Below are positions 8,802 to 17,713 of a DNA stretch of 24,000 nucleotides, piece by piece. Position 1 is the stretch's first letter. Every line of letters begins with the position of its first letter. Below the pieces are notes generated by a model. That model was not told the origin of the DNA, did no database searches, and saw only the letters and a program-made list of their open reading frames with translations. This stretch comes from Candidatus Hodarchaeota archaeon. Lineage in GTDB: Archaea > Asgardarchaeota > Wukongarchaeia > Wukongarchaeales > Wukongarchaeaceae. The DNA lies in contig JBHLKN010000016.1 of the NCBI GenBank assembly GCA_048886645.1, positions 5,904 through 29,903 of the forward strand, in the 5' to 3' direction. Made by a program: the position numbers and the translations under genes.

Positions 8802-8835
8802 TAAACCGATTAAACCAAATTAAACCGAATTAAAC
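8802..8835. repeat. Degenerate ~10-bp tandem repeats (taaaccgat taaaccaaat taaaccgaat taaac) upstream of tnpB
   Basis: Read directly. Confidence 0.7.
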
Positions 8836-8876
8836 AACGTTCAATCTAACTCATCTCAAGTGGGCAGGGAGACCTC

Positions 8877-10214
8877 ATGCATAAGCACGGGGAGAAATTA
8901 CCCCTCATCTCAGCTGGCTTTAAATATCTCCTTAAGAAATTAAATAGTGGTGAAACTTTGAGGTTCAAGAAAAGTATATTGCTTAACTGTCTGCCTTTAA
9001 CTGCTAAAAAAGAACAGATTCTCGATAGTTTTTTTATTGAATATCTCGAAGTCCTCAATAAAACCCTTAAACATTTACCGGAGGCCAAGTCTTCTACCGA
9101 ACTGCACCATCTAACATATTCAAACATACGCAAAACATCCTTCCTTCCATCTGATATTATCCAAGAAGCTCGAAAGGATGTTTGGGCTAAGAGAAAAACT
9201 GTTAAGAGCGGTTTTAAAGGATGCTCTATCAGACTTAATAAAAGGTGGTTCAGACTCTTTGAAACTTTTAGAGGTACTCCGTGTTTCAAGATCACTTATT
9301 CTCCTCGCAAAAGCTTTGTAATCCCTGTTAAGCTTGACAAAGGTTATGAGAGGTTCAAAGAGTTTCTTGAAGATAGTTGGAAAATTAAGTGCATTTCCCT
9401 CCTTAATGGTGGCAAGATTGCGGTTTGTATTGAGAAAGATTTTCCCGAACCTTCTAATAAAAAAAGAAGATATATTATTGGGATCGATATCGGTTCTTCC
9501 ACCCTTGCGGCGGTAACTGTTTTTGATTCTAACACTTATAAAGTAGCTAAACAACTTTACTTTGGAAGAGGCGTCGCTAAAAGTCAGAGGAGATACGAAG
9601 AAAGAAGGGGTAAACTTCAAAGTTATGCTGATAAAGGCTCTAAAAAAGCCAAGAAATACTTGAGAAGGATTAAAATTAAACAGAGAAACTTTGTTAAGAC
9701 AAGAAGCGGGCAGATAGCTAAGGAAATTGTTAATCTTGCCCTTGAGAATAACGCTTCTATTTCAATTGAAAAGCTTAGTATTAGGGGGAAGAAGCGTAAG
9801 TTTAACAGGAAGGCTAACAGGAAGATTAACCGCATTCCTTACGCTCAGTTCAGAGAGTTTCTTAAAAGTAACTGCATTAAACACGGTATCCCTCTTCGCG
9901 AAATTGATTCTTACCACACTTCCAAATGGTGTCCTCACTGCGGTGCAGTAAACAAAGGACGCTCATCTCCTAACTACGCTTTGTATATCTGTAAGAACTG
10001 CGGTTTGGTTGTGAATAGCGATAGAAAAGCCTCCTTGGCTATAGCTATAAAATCCCTCTTGCAGCAGACATCAAACCAAGGCTTCAAAAGACCTTCTTTT
10101 GTCCAGATTTCCAAGAGAAGAGTCCCTGTAAACGGACTCGTTCATCCAGATGATGAGGGTTTGAGTTTTGCTGTACAACATATCACCCCTCAAATGGAAA
10201 GCTCCTTCCGTTAG
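8877..10214 (+). CDS. tnpB: TnpB-family RNA-guided nuclease, catalytic residues apparently intact
   Basis: RuvC-I GIDIGSSTLAAV, RuvC-II ISIEKLSI, zinc ribbon CPHCG...CKNCG, RuvC-III NSDRKASLAIA. Confidence 0.93.
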   Translation: MHKHGEKLPLISAGFKYLLKKLNSGETLRFKKSILLNCLPLTAKKEQILDSFFIEYLEVLNKTLKHLPEAKSSTELHHLTYSNIRKTSFLPSDIIQEARKDVWAKRKTVKSGFKGCSIRLNKRWFRLFETFRGTPCFKITYSPRKSFVIPVKLDKGYERFKEFLEDSWKIKCISLLNGGKIAVCIEKDFPEPSNKKRRYIIGIDIGSSTLAAVTVFDSNTYKVAKQLYFGRGVAKSQRRYEERRGKLQSYADKGSKKAKKYLRRIKIKQRNFVKTRSGQIAKEIVNLALENNASISIEKLSIRGKKRKFNRKANRKINRIPYAQFREFLKSNCIKHGIPLREIDSYHTSKWCPHCGAVNKGRSSPNYALYICKNCGLVVNSDRKASLAIAIKSLLQQTSNQGFKRPSFVQISKRRVPVNGLVHPDDEGLSFAVQHITPQMESSFR

Positions 10215-10219
10215 GGAGG
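8877..10219 (+). mobile_element. Solo IS605/IS607-type tnpB unit. Right end probably near the hairpin at 10204-10219; left end not defined
   Basis: TnpB ORF without tnpA, and a terminal hairpin CCTTCC-GTTA-GGGAGG overlapping the stop codon. Confidence 0.6.
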
Positions 10220-10225
10220 GGTAGT

Positions 10226-10489
10226 TTACTTTAACATGCCTACATACGTTCGTGTCTCCACGATCTCAGGATTTTCCCGCCTTATCGACGAAACAACATC
10301 ATCAAGCTCACGCATATTCCTAGCCTCAATAAGAACAGCTAAATCATAGTCTCCATAGACGGGAAAAGCTAATTTAACAAACTCTTTTTTTACTAACTTT
10401 TCGCAAAGATTCCACTCTTTGCCAACCTCACACCGCATCAGCAAAAAAGCTACAACAGTTGGCCCTTTTTCTTCTTTCAACAAAATCAC
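10226..10489 (-). CDS. Stand-alone Lrp/AsnC ligand-binding (RAM) domain protein
   Basis: LLMRCEVGKEWNLCEKLVKKEFVKLAFPVYGDYDLAVLIEARNMRELDDVVSSIRRENPEIVETRTYVGM fits the RAM-domain pattern with no HTH. Translation may start internally. Confidence 0.8.
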   Translation of the reverse strand: MILLKEEKGPTVVAFLLMRCEVGKEWNLCEKLVKKEFVKLAFPVYGDYDLAVLIEARNMRELDDVVSSIRRENPEIVETRTYVGMLK

Positions 10490-10600
10490 CCAGCAAACTC
10501 TTTTTTACATCTGATTTAAAATTTTTTGAGCAAATATTTTACAACTAAATATAAAAATATAGAGCTATAATTATTTACAATTGTTGGTCAGTTGGTAAAG

Positions 10601-10678
10601 GGGCCCGTAGCTCAGTTTGGATGGAGCACCAGCTTGCGGAGCTGGGGGTCGCGGGTTCAAATCCCGTCGGGCCCGCCA
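10601..10678 (+). tRNA. tRNA-Arg (anticodon GCG), CCA encoded
   Basis: Acceptor GGGCCCG/CGGGCCC; D-arm GCTC..GAGC; anticodon arm CCAGC-TTGCGGA-GCTGG; T-arm GCGGG-TTCAAAT-CCCGT; discriminator G; CCA. Confidence 0.96.
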
Positions 10679-10805
10679 AGCCCCTTAAAAATATTATTTG
10701 CCTCTAAATATAGTTAAAAGGAAGGAAGGGTCGGTATTACAATGATGATATCTTCTTTTTTTAGCATTCTTTATTCTTTTAATATAGGGTCGGGGTTGGT
10801 TTTTT

Positions 10806-12407
10806 TTGAGGACGAGAGATGGTCGCAATGGCGAAGTTGTTCATTGTGCTTTTTGTGGTGATGCATTTTCTATAGATCTTCTGCTTTTTTGCAGAAGTTG
10901 TGGCGCGATTATCTGTTGTAAATGCTTGAAAAGGGATTATTTCAAAGCGTTTTTCTGTAGTTATTGTTCTGCCCTCGTCCCAGAAGAGACTATTTTCTGC
11001 CCTGTTTGTAGACGTAGAAGTGAAAAAAAACAGGGAAATACCACCATCAGGATGTGTCCTAGTTGTCTTTCTAGAGATATCCATCCGGTAATCGAGGAAA
11101 GAAAATTTTTAGTTATTTCCTTCCGTGACCTAGTATTAAAGTTGAGACATGAGTTTACAAATATAGCAGACTTTGTTTCAGTCTTTAACTCTGTTATAAA
11201 TCGGGGAATTTTACTGCGTAAAAATAACTTTTTACACTATCCGATTATTGAACGGTCATTGAACGATATCCATAAAGGTTTTCCGACTTGCTTAAAAGAA
11301 CTTGAAGAAGTAACCACTTATACGGCAAGAAGCCTCGCGCAACATGTTCTCGCCTTCTCCCGACCTACCCAAATGAGTCCCCTTGATCTAAAAGCTAATT
11401 TTACAGTTCGAAAAACATTATCAGACGAAGTAGAAGTTTTTGAAAATCTAGTCTCGCGAAAATTAGGCTTTTTTTCCGATCGTTTAAAACAGGCTGAAAG
11501 ATCTGTGAAAAGGATGGAAAAAACAAAGACTGTTTTTGATAAATTATCAAGGTTCATCGAGATAATGCCAGGTGAATCGCCTGTTTACATATATCGATAT
11601 AAAAAAATTGCTAACACTCCAAGAAACATCAATCTAAAAAAAGGCAGAGGATATATTATTTTAACAGATCAACGAATAATTTTTGTGCCCCTAAAAGGGA
11701 TAAATCTCAAAACTGGAGAGAAAAGCCAGACTGATTCATCAAACTTTTACGCTTTAGATCTTGAAAAAACTCACATGATAGACGTGACAAAACACTTTTT
11801 TTCACGTAAAAAAGTGATTTTTAGGACCGAGGAAGGCGAGTACGTGTTTTTATTTTCTACAAGAGAAGTTGGTAGACTTAAAGACGCTTTCAAGTTTTCT
11901 AAGAAATATCATGATTACACTTCCAAAAATAGTTCTTTTCTCGAACAATTAGCCCGTGATAAAATAAATATAGACCCCTTCAAAAAGAGAATTGAAAAAT
12001 ACATCGATCATATTCTTTTCCCGCTTGGTTTAAGCCAAAAACAAATCTTCGGAGATATTAAAGACGATTATTACCCGTTTGATTTCGTTGATTTTTCAGA
12101 TATAACCCATTTGGAAAATAATTATCACGCGATTATCAAAGTTTTAAACAAACTGGATGAAAAATTTCAAAGAGGCGAAATAAACAGCCCCGAATATATG
12201 CGTCAAATGAATTATTATAGAAATCTTTTAGAAAGTAATTATTACGGGATTATCAAAGTGTTAAACGCTCTCCATGATAGATTTGAAAGAGGTGAAATAA
12301 ACGGCCCTGAATATATGCGGAACATCAAACATTATAATCAGCAAAAGTTTATTATTAGAAGAGAATTAGAACGTAGAAAAGCACGCTTTGGGAGTCCATT
12401 CGCATAA
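10806..12407 (+). CDS. Multidomain protein: N-terminal FYVE/RING-like zinc finger plus zinc ribbon(s), central helices, PH/GRAM-like region, C-terminal duplicated SHOCT-like repeats
   Basis: CAFCGDAFSIDLLLFCRSCGAIICCKCLKRDYFKAFFCSYC...CPVC...CPSC. PH/GRAM-like GRGYIILTDQRIIFVPLKGINLKTG...FFSRKKVIFRTEEGEYVFLFS. Repeats LNKLDEKFQRGEINSPEYM and LNALHDRFERGEINGPEYM. Confidence 0.7.
   Translation: MRTRDGRNGEVVHCAFCGDAFSIDLLLFCRSCGAIICCKCLKRDYFKAFFCSYCSALVPEETIFCPVCRRRSEKKQGNTTIRMCPSCLSRDIHPVIEERKFLVISFRDLVLKLRHEFTNIADFVSVFNSVINRGILLRKNNFLHYPIIERSLNDIHKGFPTCLKELEEVTTYTARSLAQHVLAFSRPTQMSPLDLKANFTVRKTLSDEVEVFENLVSRKLGFFSDRLKQAERSVKRMEKTKTVFDKLSRFIEIMPGESPVYIYRYKKIANTPRNINLKKGRGYIILTDQRIIFVPLKGINLKTGEKSQTDSSNFYALDLEKTHMIDVTKHFFSRKKVIFRTEEGEYVFLFSTREVGRLKDAFKFSKKYHDYTSKNSSFLEQLARDKINIDPFKKRIEKYIDHILFPLGLSQKQIFGDIKDDYYPFDFVDFSDITHLENNYHAIIKVLNKLDEKFQRGEINSPEYMRQMNYYRNLLESNYYGIIKVLNALHDRFERGEINGPEYMRNIKHYNQQKFIIRRELERRKARFGSPFA
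12111..12344 (+). repeat. Two tandem 117-nt (39-aa) coding repeats at the C-terminus of the zinc finger-GRAM protein
   Basis: LENNYHAIIKVLNKLDEKFQRGEINSPEYMRQMNYYRNL (12111-12227) and LESNYYGIIKVLNALHDRFERGEINGPEYMRNIKHYNQQ (12228-12344). Confidence 0.9.
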
Positions 12408-12607
12408 GAATTTAAAAGTAAAAGTTAACAAACAAGATGTTTATCGCCCTTACCCTACCCGGCTCATATAAAACTCCGCTAATAGGCATCTATAGCAATT
12501 TATTCCTTCCCTTCCCTAAATGAGCCTAGTTACAGTATTAAAATAAAAAAATGTTTTCGACTTTTATTCGGCGTTTTTGAATTTTATACTTTTTTGTTTA
12601 GGATTTT

Positions 12608-13300
12608 TTATTGGGAAGACGATTCTAATTGTTTTTTTAGAAGTTTTAGCTCCTTTTCTACTTCTGCTTCTTCTGCTTCCAGTTTTTCTTTGTCTACTAC
12701 ACGGGTTTCTTTTGGTCTTTCTACGGAGGTTCTGGATACGGGTTCAGTAGTTACTGCTTCTGCTCCCACAAGTTGCTTTTCCATAGCGGCGATCTCTGCA
12801 TCAATAGCGTCTTCTATTTCTAGCTCAAGTTCTGCTTCGGCAGAAGTAACATCAGCAAGGGCTTCATCAGCCATAGAAGCCCTTTCCATCCCCTCTTCAA
12901 GACGTACCATAAGTTCTTCTGTTACTTCCGGTCCCACTTCCCTCAAACCCTCATTTATAACTATATCTGCCTCTCTGAGAGCGCCACTAAGCTCAATATT
13001 ATCTTTCACAGTTTCGATGGTCTCTATTATACGATTCATGTTAAGGATTTTATTCTCTGTACTTTCAAGCTTCTTAAGGTAAAGCTGTCTCCTCAATAAA
13101 GATTTTTTTGCTCCCATCTTATTGCCATCACGAAGCATTTCCATAGCTAACGAACGTTGTTCATCCGCTTTACGCCTTATGGCCCTTGATTTAAGTTCAA
13201 AACGATTTATAACAGCCCTAAGCTTAGCTATGGTTTCTGATGGTTTTCTTCTTTTATCCCCAAAGAGAAAATTCTTAATGCCCATTATCAAAATCTCCAT
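12608..13300 (-). CDS. ESCRT-III (Snf7-family) protein, Vps20/Vps32-like type
   Basis: KPSETIAKLRAVINRFELKSRAIRRKADEQRSLAMEMLRDGNKMGAKKSLLRRQLYLKKLESTENKILNM resembles the Snf7 core. Acidic C-terminal helices and a terminal MIM-like helix. Start may be internal ATG (MGIKNFLFG). Confidence 0.85.
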   Translation of the reverse strand: MEILIMGIKNFLFGDKRRKPSETIAKLRAVINRFELKSRAIRRKADEQRSLAMEMLRDGNKMGAKKSLLRRQLYLKKLESTENKILNMNRIIETIETVKDNIELSGALREADIVINEGLREVGPEVTEELMVRLEEGMERASMADEALADVTSAEAELELEIEDAIDAEIAAMEKQLVGAEAVTTEPVSRTSVERPKETRVVDKEKLEAEEAEVEKELKLLKKQLESSSQ

Positions 13301-13417
13301 CTAAAAAATACTGAAGACAAACAACAATCACTTAAACTATTTTTTTATTAGTCTTAAGGATTATTTTTCCTAATGTATTAAAGATAGCTGTAACTAAAAA
13401 GGGTTTCTATTTTTCTA

Positions 13418-16141
13418 TTATGTTCTTCCTTCAATTACTCTTTTTAATTCAGAAACAACAGAAAGATTCGGAGGACTTATCGTAAATACAATTTCAAGAC
13501 CATCCTCTAAAAGAGCAAAAATAATCCCAAGTTTCATCCCTCCTCTGTCAAAAATAACCGTAGGAAACTTCTCATCTTCCTGGATCTTTACTATTTTCCA
13601 CTCAACGTCCCTAATGCGTGAAATAACAATAGAGGCACTATTTGACCCTGTTAAACCTAATTTTATCGAGGAAACCTCGTAAGGTAGAATCCTACCGTCC
13701 TTGCTTTTTGCCACGGCGTCGGTAAAATGGGGATACAAAAGTTTACGTTTTAAAAAATCTTTAAGGAGACTTTTCGGCACATCACTCGGAGATATAATTG
13801 AAATCCCTCTCATAACATCAGTCTCATCCTCCACCATAACCTTTACTTCACTAGGAGGAGTAGGAGCTTCAACATCAATATCGACCATACCCTCTTCCTC
13901 TAGAACTTCGGAAACAAGTTCCAGAACCTCTTCAATGGGGGATGGTTCGGGTTTTTCCTCCATCTTCGGCCTGGCTTCTCTCCCAGCATGCATAGAAGAC
14001 CTAGCCCTTATCGCTACAACAATCGCCCTATCCGACTCTTTATCAGAAACTATGGCGACTCCTACCGGGAGTCTTCTTACAAAATCCGCGCTTTTTAACT
14101 CATCAGGTATAGGGGAAGGCGCACGTTTTATATACGCTTTCACATCATCTTCATAGGTTAAAGTGTGCACAATCATTAAATCCGCTTGGGATAATACCCT
14201 TGGATCTGTTGCACTTGGTTGTTGAGTACAAACTAACAAGGCGCAACCTGGTTTCCGTCCTTGTTTCGCATATTCAACTATGGGTATGCTTGCTGCTGTT
14301 TCCTTTCTTGAAGGTACAAGAAGGTGTGCTTCATCTATCGCAAGCCAAGTAAAAGGTATTTCCTCCCTTCTCATCTCTTGGACTTCTTTCCCCACCTCTA
14401 CTAACATTTCTTCTGTTTCCTCATACCTTGCAGCTTTTGTCCTCTCTCTAAGGATTTTACGCGCTAGTATACCCACAAAAAGTGCACGCAAACCCTCCCC
14501 TAACCTCGGATGGCTGACATCAATAACCGTTACCTGATTTGGAACGCTCAACTCTGTTAAAGGCGTGCCCACTTCAGCAAAAACCCCCCACTTTTTCGCA
14601 GAATTAAGCCTTGCAACCGCCGCTCTCTGCGTAGTTCTTGAAAATCCTACAGTCTTTGACGATATATCAACATCCCTTTCAATACACCTTGTTAAGTCAT
14701 CAATAGTGAAGTTTTCCTTCCCTTCAACCGCTACTTGTTCGCCTTCTTCAAATTCAGCTATATAGCCTTTCTTCGCTTTATCTATAGCTTGAGCTATAAG
14801 CAGTCCTTGGGGTCCAAACCTATCAATCCCAAAAGAGTGGCACCAATCATCAACTGAAAGCTCAGAAGCAGATATTGAAAACCTAGCGTCCCAACTTTCA
14901 GGGGGAAAATCAGAAGCAAGCTCTATCGGCACATACACCTTAGTATTCGGGTAACCCTTGGGTCTCATACCCCACTTTTCAAGGATCTCGATCTCTTTCT
15001 TCTCAACATTGCAATGTTTCATAGAATAAAAAACGCCTAGAGGATCAATTACTATGATTCCTATACCCAGATTCGATCGCGCTAACTCTTCAGCCAAAAC
15101 CCCCATCGTATAACTCTTACCACTACCCCTATGACCGCAAATAAAAACAACGTACGGAAAACCAGCGTTAATAACAACAGACTTTCCATAAATCTCTTCC
15201 ATCTCCCCGACATCGCTTGTTTTCATACCCTTTTCTGCAACCCTCCCTATGAAAAGGGCTCCTTTACATCCTACACCTTTCTTTACTTTAAACTTTTTAC
15301 CTAAAACCACTGCATCTTTTAACGGCGTATACCTCGGCTTTGAAGGAGCTTTTACGAGATACTTCCTTTCCTCAAGCAGTTTCGACCAATAACTATCCAA
15401 TCCTTCGCTAACCAGAAGCTCCCCTTCTACCGCTCCAAAACCCCACCTTAACCACTCAACTTCCTCCTTCCCTTCCATTCTTTTCGCTATCTCGTTCCTT
15501 GAAACAATCTCTGCGGGATAAAATTTCGGATCACAACCACTAACGTCCCATAAAATAATGTCTAACTTCACGTTTAAATCTTTAAAAGCTCCCTCATTAT
15601 CGCCCTTATTAAGCGAAGCGAGCGAACTATAAGCTTTTTCTAAAAGATCTTTCTCCTGGGTTACAATATAGAGGGCGCATAGACCCCTAACCTTATTTTC
15701 CCCTTCTAATCCTTCAGTGATTTTCTGGGCTATAGCCAAATCTTCTTCTTTTTCTGTTAAAAGATAGGAAAAAGATAAACCCATAACTGCTGGCCAATCC
15801 TTTCCTTCTTTACGGAAAAACTCTGAAGCGTTTTCAAAAATTTCTTTTTGAACCTCCACAACTTCCCTTGCATAAAATAAAGCTCTTAAAGAATGGGCGG
15901 AAAAAAGCTCTAAATCATCCCCTTCTTCTGTAAAGAAGCTTCCATCTGCTTCCTGCCGTGTTAAAAGCCCAAATACTACCTCTTGCATTCTTGCTTTAAT
16001 CCATTCCTCTCCAGTAACTTTGTAAGCATGAAATAACGCTTCAAAAAAAGAAGGACGAACCCTCTCTTCCACTCGATCCAATCTCTCTAAACTCTCAGTG
16101 AGGGGTGGAAGTATCTGACATAAAGGCCTTCCTATCTCCAA
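13418..16141 (-). CDS. HerA/FtsK-superfamily P-loop ATPase with N-terminal alpha/alpha-toroid-like region and uncharacterised C-terminal domain (907 aa)
   Basis: Walker A ICGHRGSGKSYTMGVLAEEL, Walker B FTWLAIDEAHLLVP, sensor-like LLVCTQQPSATDPRVLSQADLMIVHTL. N-terminal repeats such as SFFEALFHAYKVTGEEW and LFSAHSLRALFYA. Confidence 0.85.
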   Translation of the reverse strand: MEIGRPLCQILPPLTESLERLDRVEERVRPSFFEALFHAYKVTGEEWIKARMQEVVFGLLTRQEADGSFFTEEGDDLELFSAHSLRALFYAREVVEVQKEIFENASEFFRKEGKDWPAVMGLSFSYLLTEKEEDLAIAQKITEGLEGENKVRGLCALYIVTQEKDLLEKAYSSLASLNKGDNEGAFKDLNVKLDIILWDVSGCDPKFYPAEIVSRNEIAKRMEGKEEVEWLRWGFGAVEGELLVSEGLDSYWSKLLEERKYLVKAPSKPRYTPLKDAVVLGKKFKVKKGVGCKGALFIGRVAEKGMKTSDVGEMEEIYGKSVVINAGFPYVVFICGHRGSGKSYTMGVLAEELARSNLGIGIIVIDPLGVFYSMKHCNVEKKEIEILEKWGMRPKGYPNTKVYVPIELASDFPPESWDARFSISASELSVDDWCHSFGIDRFGPQGLLIAQAIDKAKKGYIAEFEEGEQVAVEGKENFTIDDLTRCIERDVDISSKTVGFSRTTQRAAVARLNSAKKWGVFAEVGTPLTELSVPNQVTVIDVSHPRLGEGLRALFVGILARKILRERTKAARYEETEEMLVEVGKEVQEMRREEIPFTWLAIDEAHLLVPSRKETAASIPIVEYAKQGRKPGCALLVCTQQPSATDPRVLSQADLMIVHTLTYEDDVKAYIKRAPSPIPDELKSADFVRRLPVGVAIVSDKESDRAIVVAIRARSSMHAGREARPKMEEKPEPSPIEEVLELVSEVLEEEGMVDIDVEAPTPPSEVKVMVEDETDVMRGISIISPSDVPKSLLKDFLKRKLLYPHFTDAVAKSKDGRILPYEVSSIKLGLTGSNSASIVISRIRDVEWKIVKIQEDEKFPTVIFDRGGMKLGIIFALLEDGLEIVFTISPPNLSVVSELKRVIEGRT

Positions 16142-16251
16142 AAGCCTAACACTCCTATAAAACCAAATAAACCCTAAAAGGCGTTAAGTGATGCCTACTA
16201 TTCTATTCAATGTATAAGGAGAAAAGAGGTTAATAGAACTTTATTAAAGTT

Positions 16252-16872
16252 TCAACTCTCCTCTTCGCGTAAACGTTCTAATTCTTCCTTAATCTCTTTC
16301 TCCCTTGCTGATGGGGTAGGAAGACCGTGTTCTGTAGTTACGCTTACAACCGCCCCTGCTTCCCCAAGAATTCTTGTAACTTCTGCATCGTCAATATCCG
16401 CACTTAAAGCTCCTTCAAGTTCCACATCAATAGCTTCTGTTGAAACTTCAATACCAGTAAGACCTTCTTCTAAAGCATCTATATATCTACTTAGTTGGGG
16501 AAGTCTAAGCGAACGGTTAAGTTGCCTAAGAGATATAGCCAAACCCTTCATATCTTTTGCAAGACTCTGAACAGCCTCCGTATGCTCCATCTTAGCAATA
16601 ATTCCCTTAAGCCTAGAATTCAACCTCGCACAACCCAAAGCAAAACGCCTACTCCTTACAACGTCTTGAGCATAGACTTTCGCAGCCTCCATGTCCCCCT
16701 GTTCTACAGACCTCCTAACCTCTTTCATCATCTTATTCTCGTCCTTCTTCAACTTCATGCGTTGCCTTTCAATCCTACGTTCTATCAACCTAAGGCGAAT
16801 AATCCAATCACGAGTACTACGACCACCCATCAACCAATTAACAAACTTACCGAAAACCAATGAAATCACCAA
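16252..16872 (-). CDS. ESCRT-III (Snf7-family) protein, Vps2/Vps24/Vps46-like type, C-terminal MIM-like helix
   Basis: RLIERRIERQRMKLKKDENKMMKEVRRSVEQGDMEAAKVYAQDVVRSRRFALGCARLNSRLKGIIAKMEHTEAVQSLAKDMKGLAISLRQLNRSLRLPQLSRYIDALEE resembles the CHMP2/Vps2 core; ends REKEIKEELERLREEES. Confidence 0.88.
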   Translation of the reverse strand: MVISLVFGKFVNWLMGGRSTRDWIIRLRLIERRIERQRMKLKKDENKMMKEVRRSVEQGDMEAAKVYAQDVVRSRRFALGCARLNSRLKGIIAKMEHTEAVQSLAKDMKGLAISLRQLNRSLRLPQLSRYIDALEEGLTGIEVSTEAIDVELEGALSADIDDAEVTRILGEAGAVVSVTTEHGLPTPSAREKEIKEELERLREEES

Positions 16873-16942
16873 CTATTCTTATAATATTAATATTGTTTAA
16901 AATATATTAAGGATTACCGTTCCTAAAAATATCTTTAATCTA

Positions 16943-17641
16943 TCATATTTTTAAAGCTTTTATAATCTCTGAGGGAAAACCTTTTTGCGTAATCTTTTCA
17001 AAGTTAACAATCTTGAAACCTACATACTCCACAAAGGGTTTTACTTGAACTGAACGACAACCACCTATTGTGTGAGGGAAAAACCGGTATAAAAGGGACC
17101 AAAAAGCGTTGAAGATAGGATTTCCACAAGTCATGTTCACTAAAACCATGCGCCCTCCTTTTCTCATAACCCGATTAAACTCTCGTAAAATAGGGAAAAA
17201 ATCCTTTACAGGGATTAAATCAAGCATATAGCTATTAATAACAACATCAAAAGCTTCATCTGTAAAAGGAAGACTACGAGCATCTGCCATCAAAAACTCA
17301 TAACTCTCCCTTGCAGCATCCTTCACTCTTTTCTTAGACATTCTAAGCATTTTACCCGAAATATCAACTCCTACATTCAATCCTTCTTCATTCATTTTCA
17401 AAATTTCAGAAAAATTCTTACCAGTGCCACAAGCCACTTCCAAAACCTTTTCCCTCCCTTTAATTTCAACTAAAGAGAGAGCCCTACTATGAGCCTTTGA
17501 TTCCGCAAACCGGCTCCAAAAATCGTAATGAGGCGCAAGGATATCGTAAGTCCGGGCAACCTCTTTTTTTGAAACTTTTGCTTTAAGCATATAAGACACC
17601 TCTTTTAACACAATATCTATATTCGTAATATGATGATTCAT
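16943..17641 (-). CDS. Class I SAM-dependent methyltransferase (UbiE/Methyltransf_11-like)
   Basis: REKVLEVACGTGKNFSEIL, GVDISGKMLRMSKKR, FEFLMADARSLPFTDEAFDVVINSYMLD-type motifs, VMRKGGRMVLVN. Confidence 0.88.
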   Translation of the reverse strand: MNHHITNIDIVLKEVSYMLKAKVSKKEVARTYDILAPHYDFWSRFAESKAHSRALSLVEIKGREKVLEVACGTGKNFSEILKMNEEGLNVGVDISGKMLRMSKKRVKDAARESYEFLMADARSLPFTDEAFDVVINSYMLDLIPVKDFFPILREFNRVMRKGGRMVLVNMTCGNPIFNAFWSLLYRFFPHTIGGCRSVQVKPFVEYVGFKIVNFEKITQKGFPSEIIKALKI

Positions 17642-17655
17642 TTTTTTTACATTTA

Positions 17656-17676
17656 ATTTTTATAAAATATTGAACT
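17656..17676 (+). promoter_or_regulatory. Putative TATA-box region upstream of the Vps4-like gene in the divergent intergenic space
   Basis: AT-rich ttttataaaatattgaac about 50 nt upstream of the start codon. Confidence 0.35.
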
Positions 17677-17713
17677 AATATGTAAATAATAAGTTAATTC
17701 TTTCTATCAGTTT

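Noticed and set aside
9120-9620. 166-aa minus-strand ORF inside tnpB
   Set aside because: Antisense to conserved TnpB sequence; spurious.
12594-13082. 162-aa serine-rich plus-strand ORF
   Set aside because: Mirror of the glutamate/alanine-rich ESCRT-III coding strand; low complexity, antisense artefact.
13701-14156. 151-aa plus-strand ORF inside the HerA-like gene
   Set aside because: Antisense to a conserved ATPase, biased composition, no motifs.
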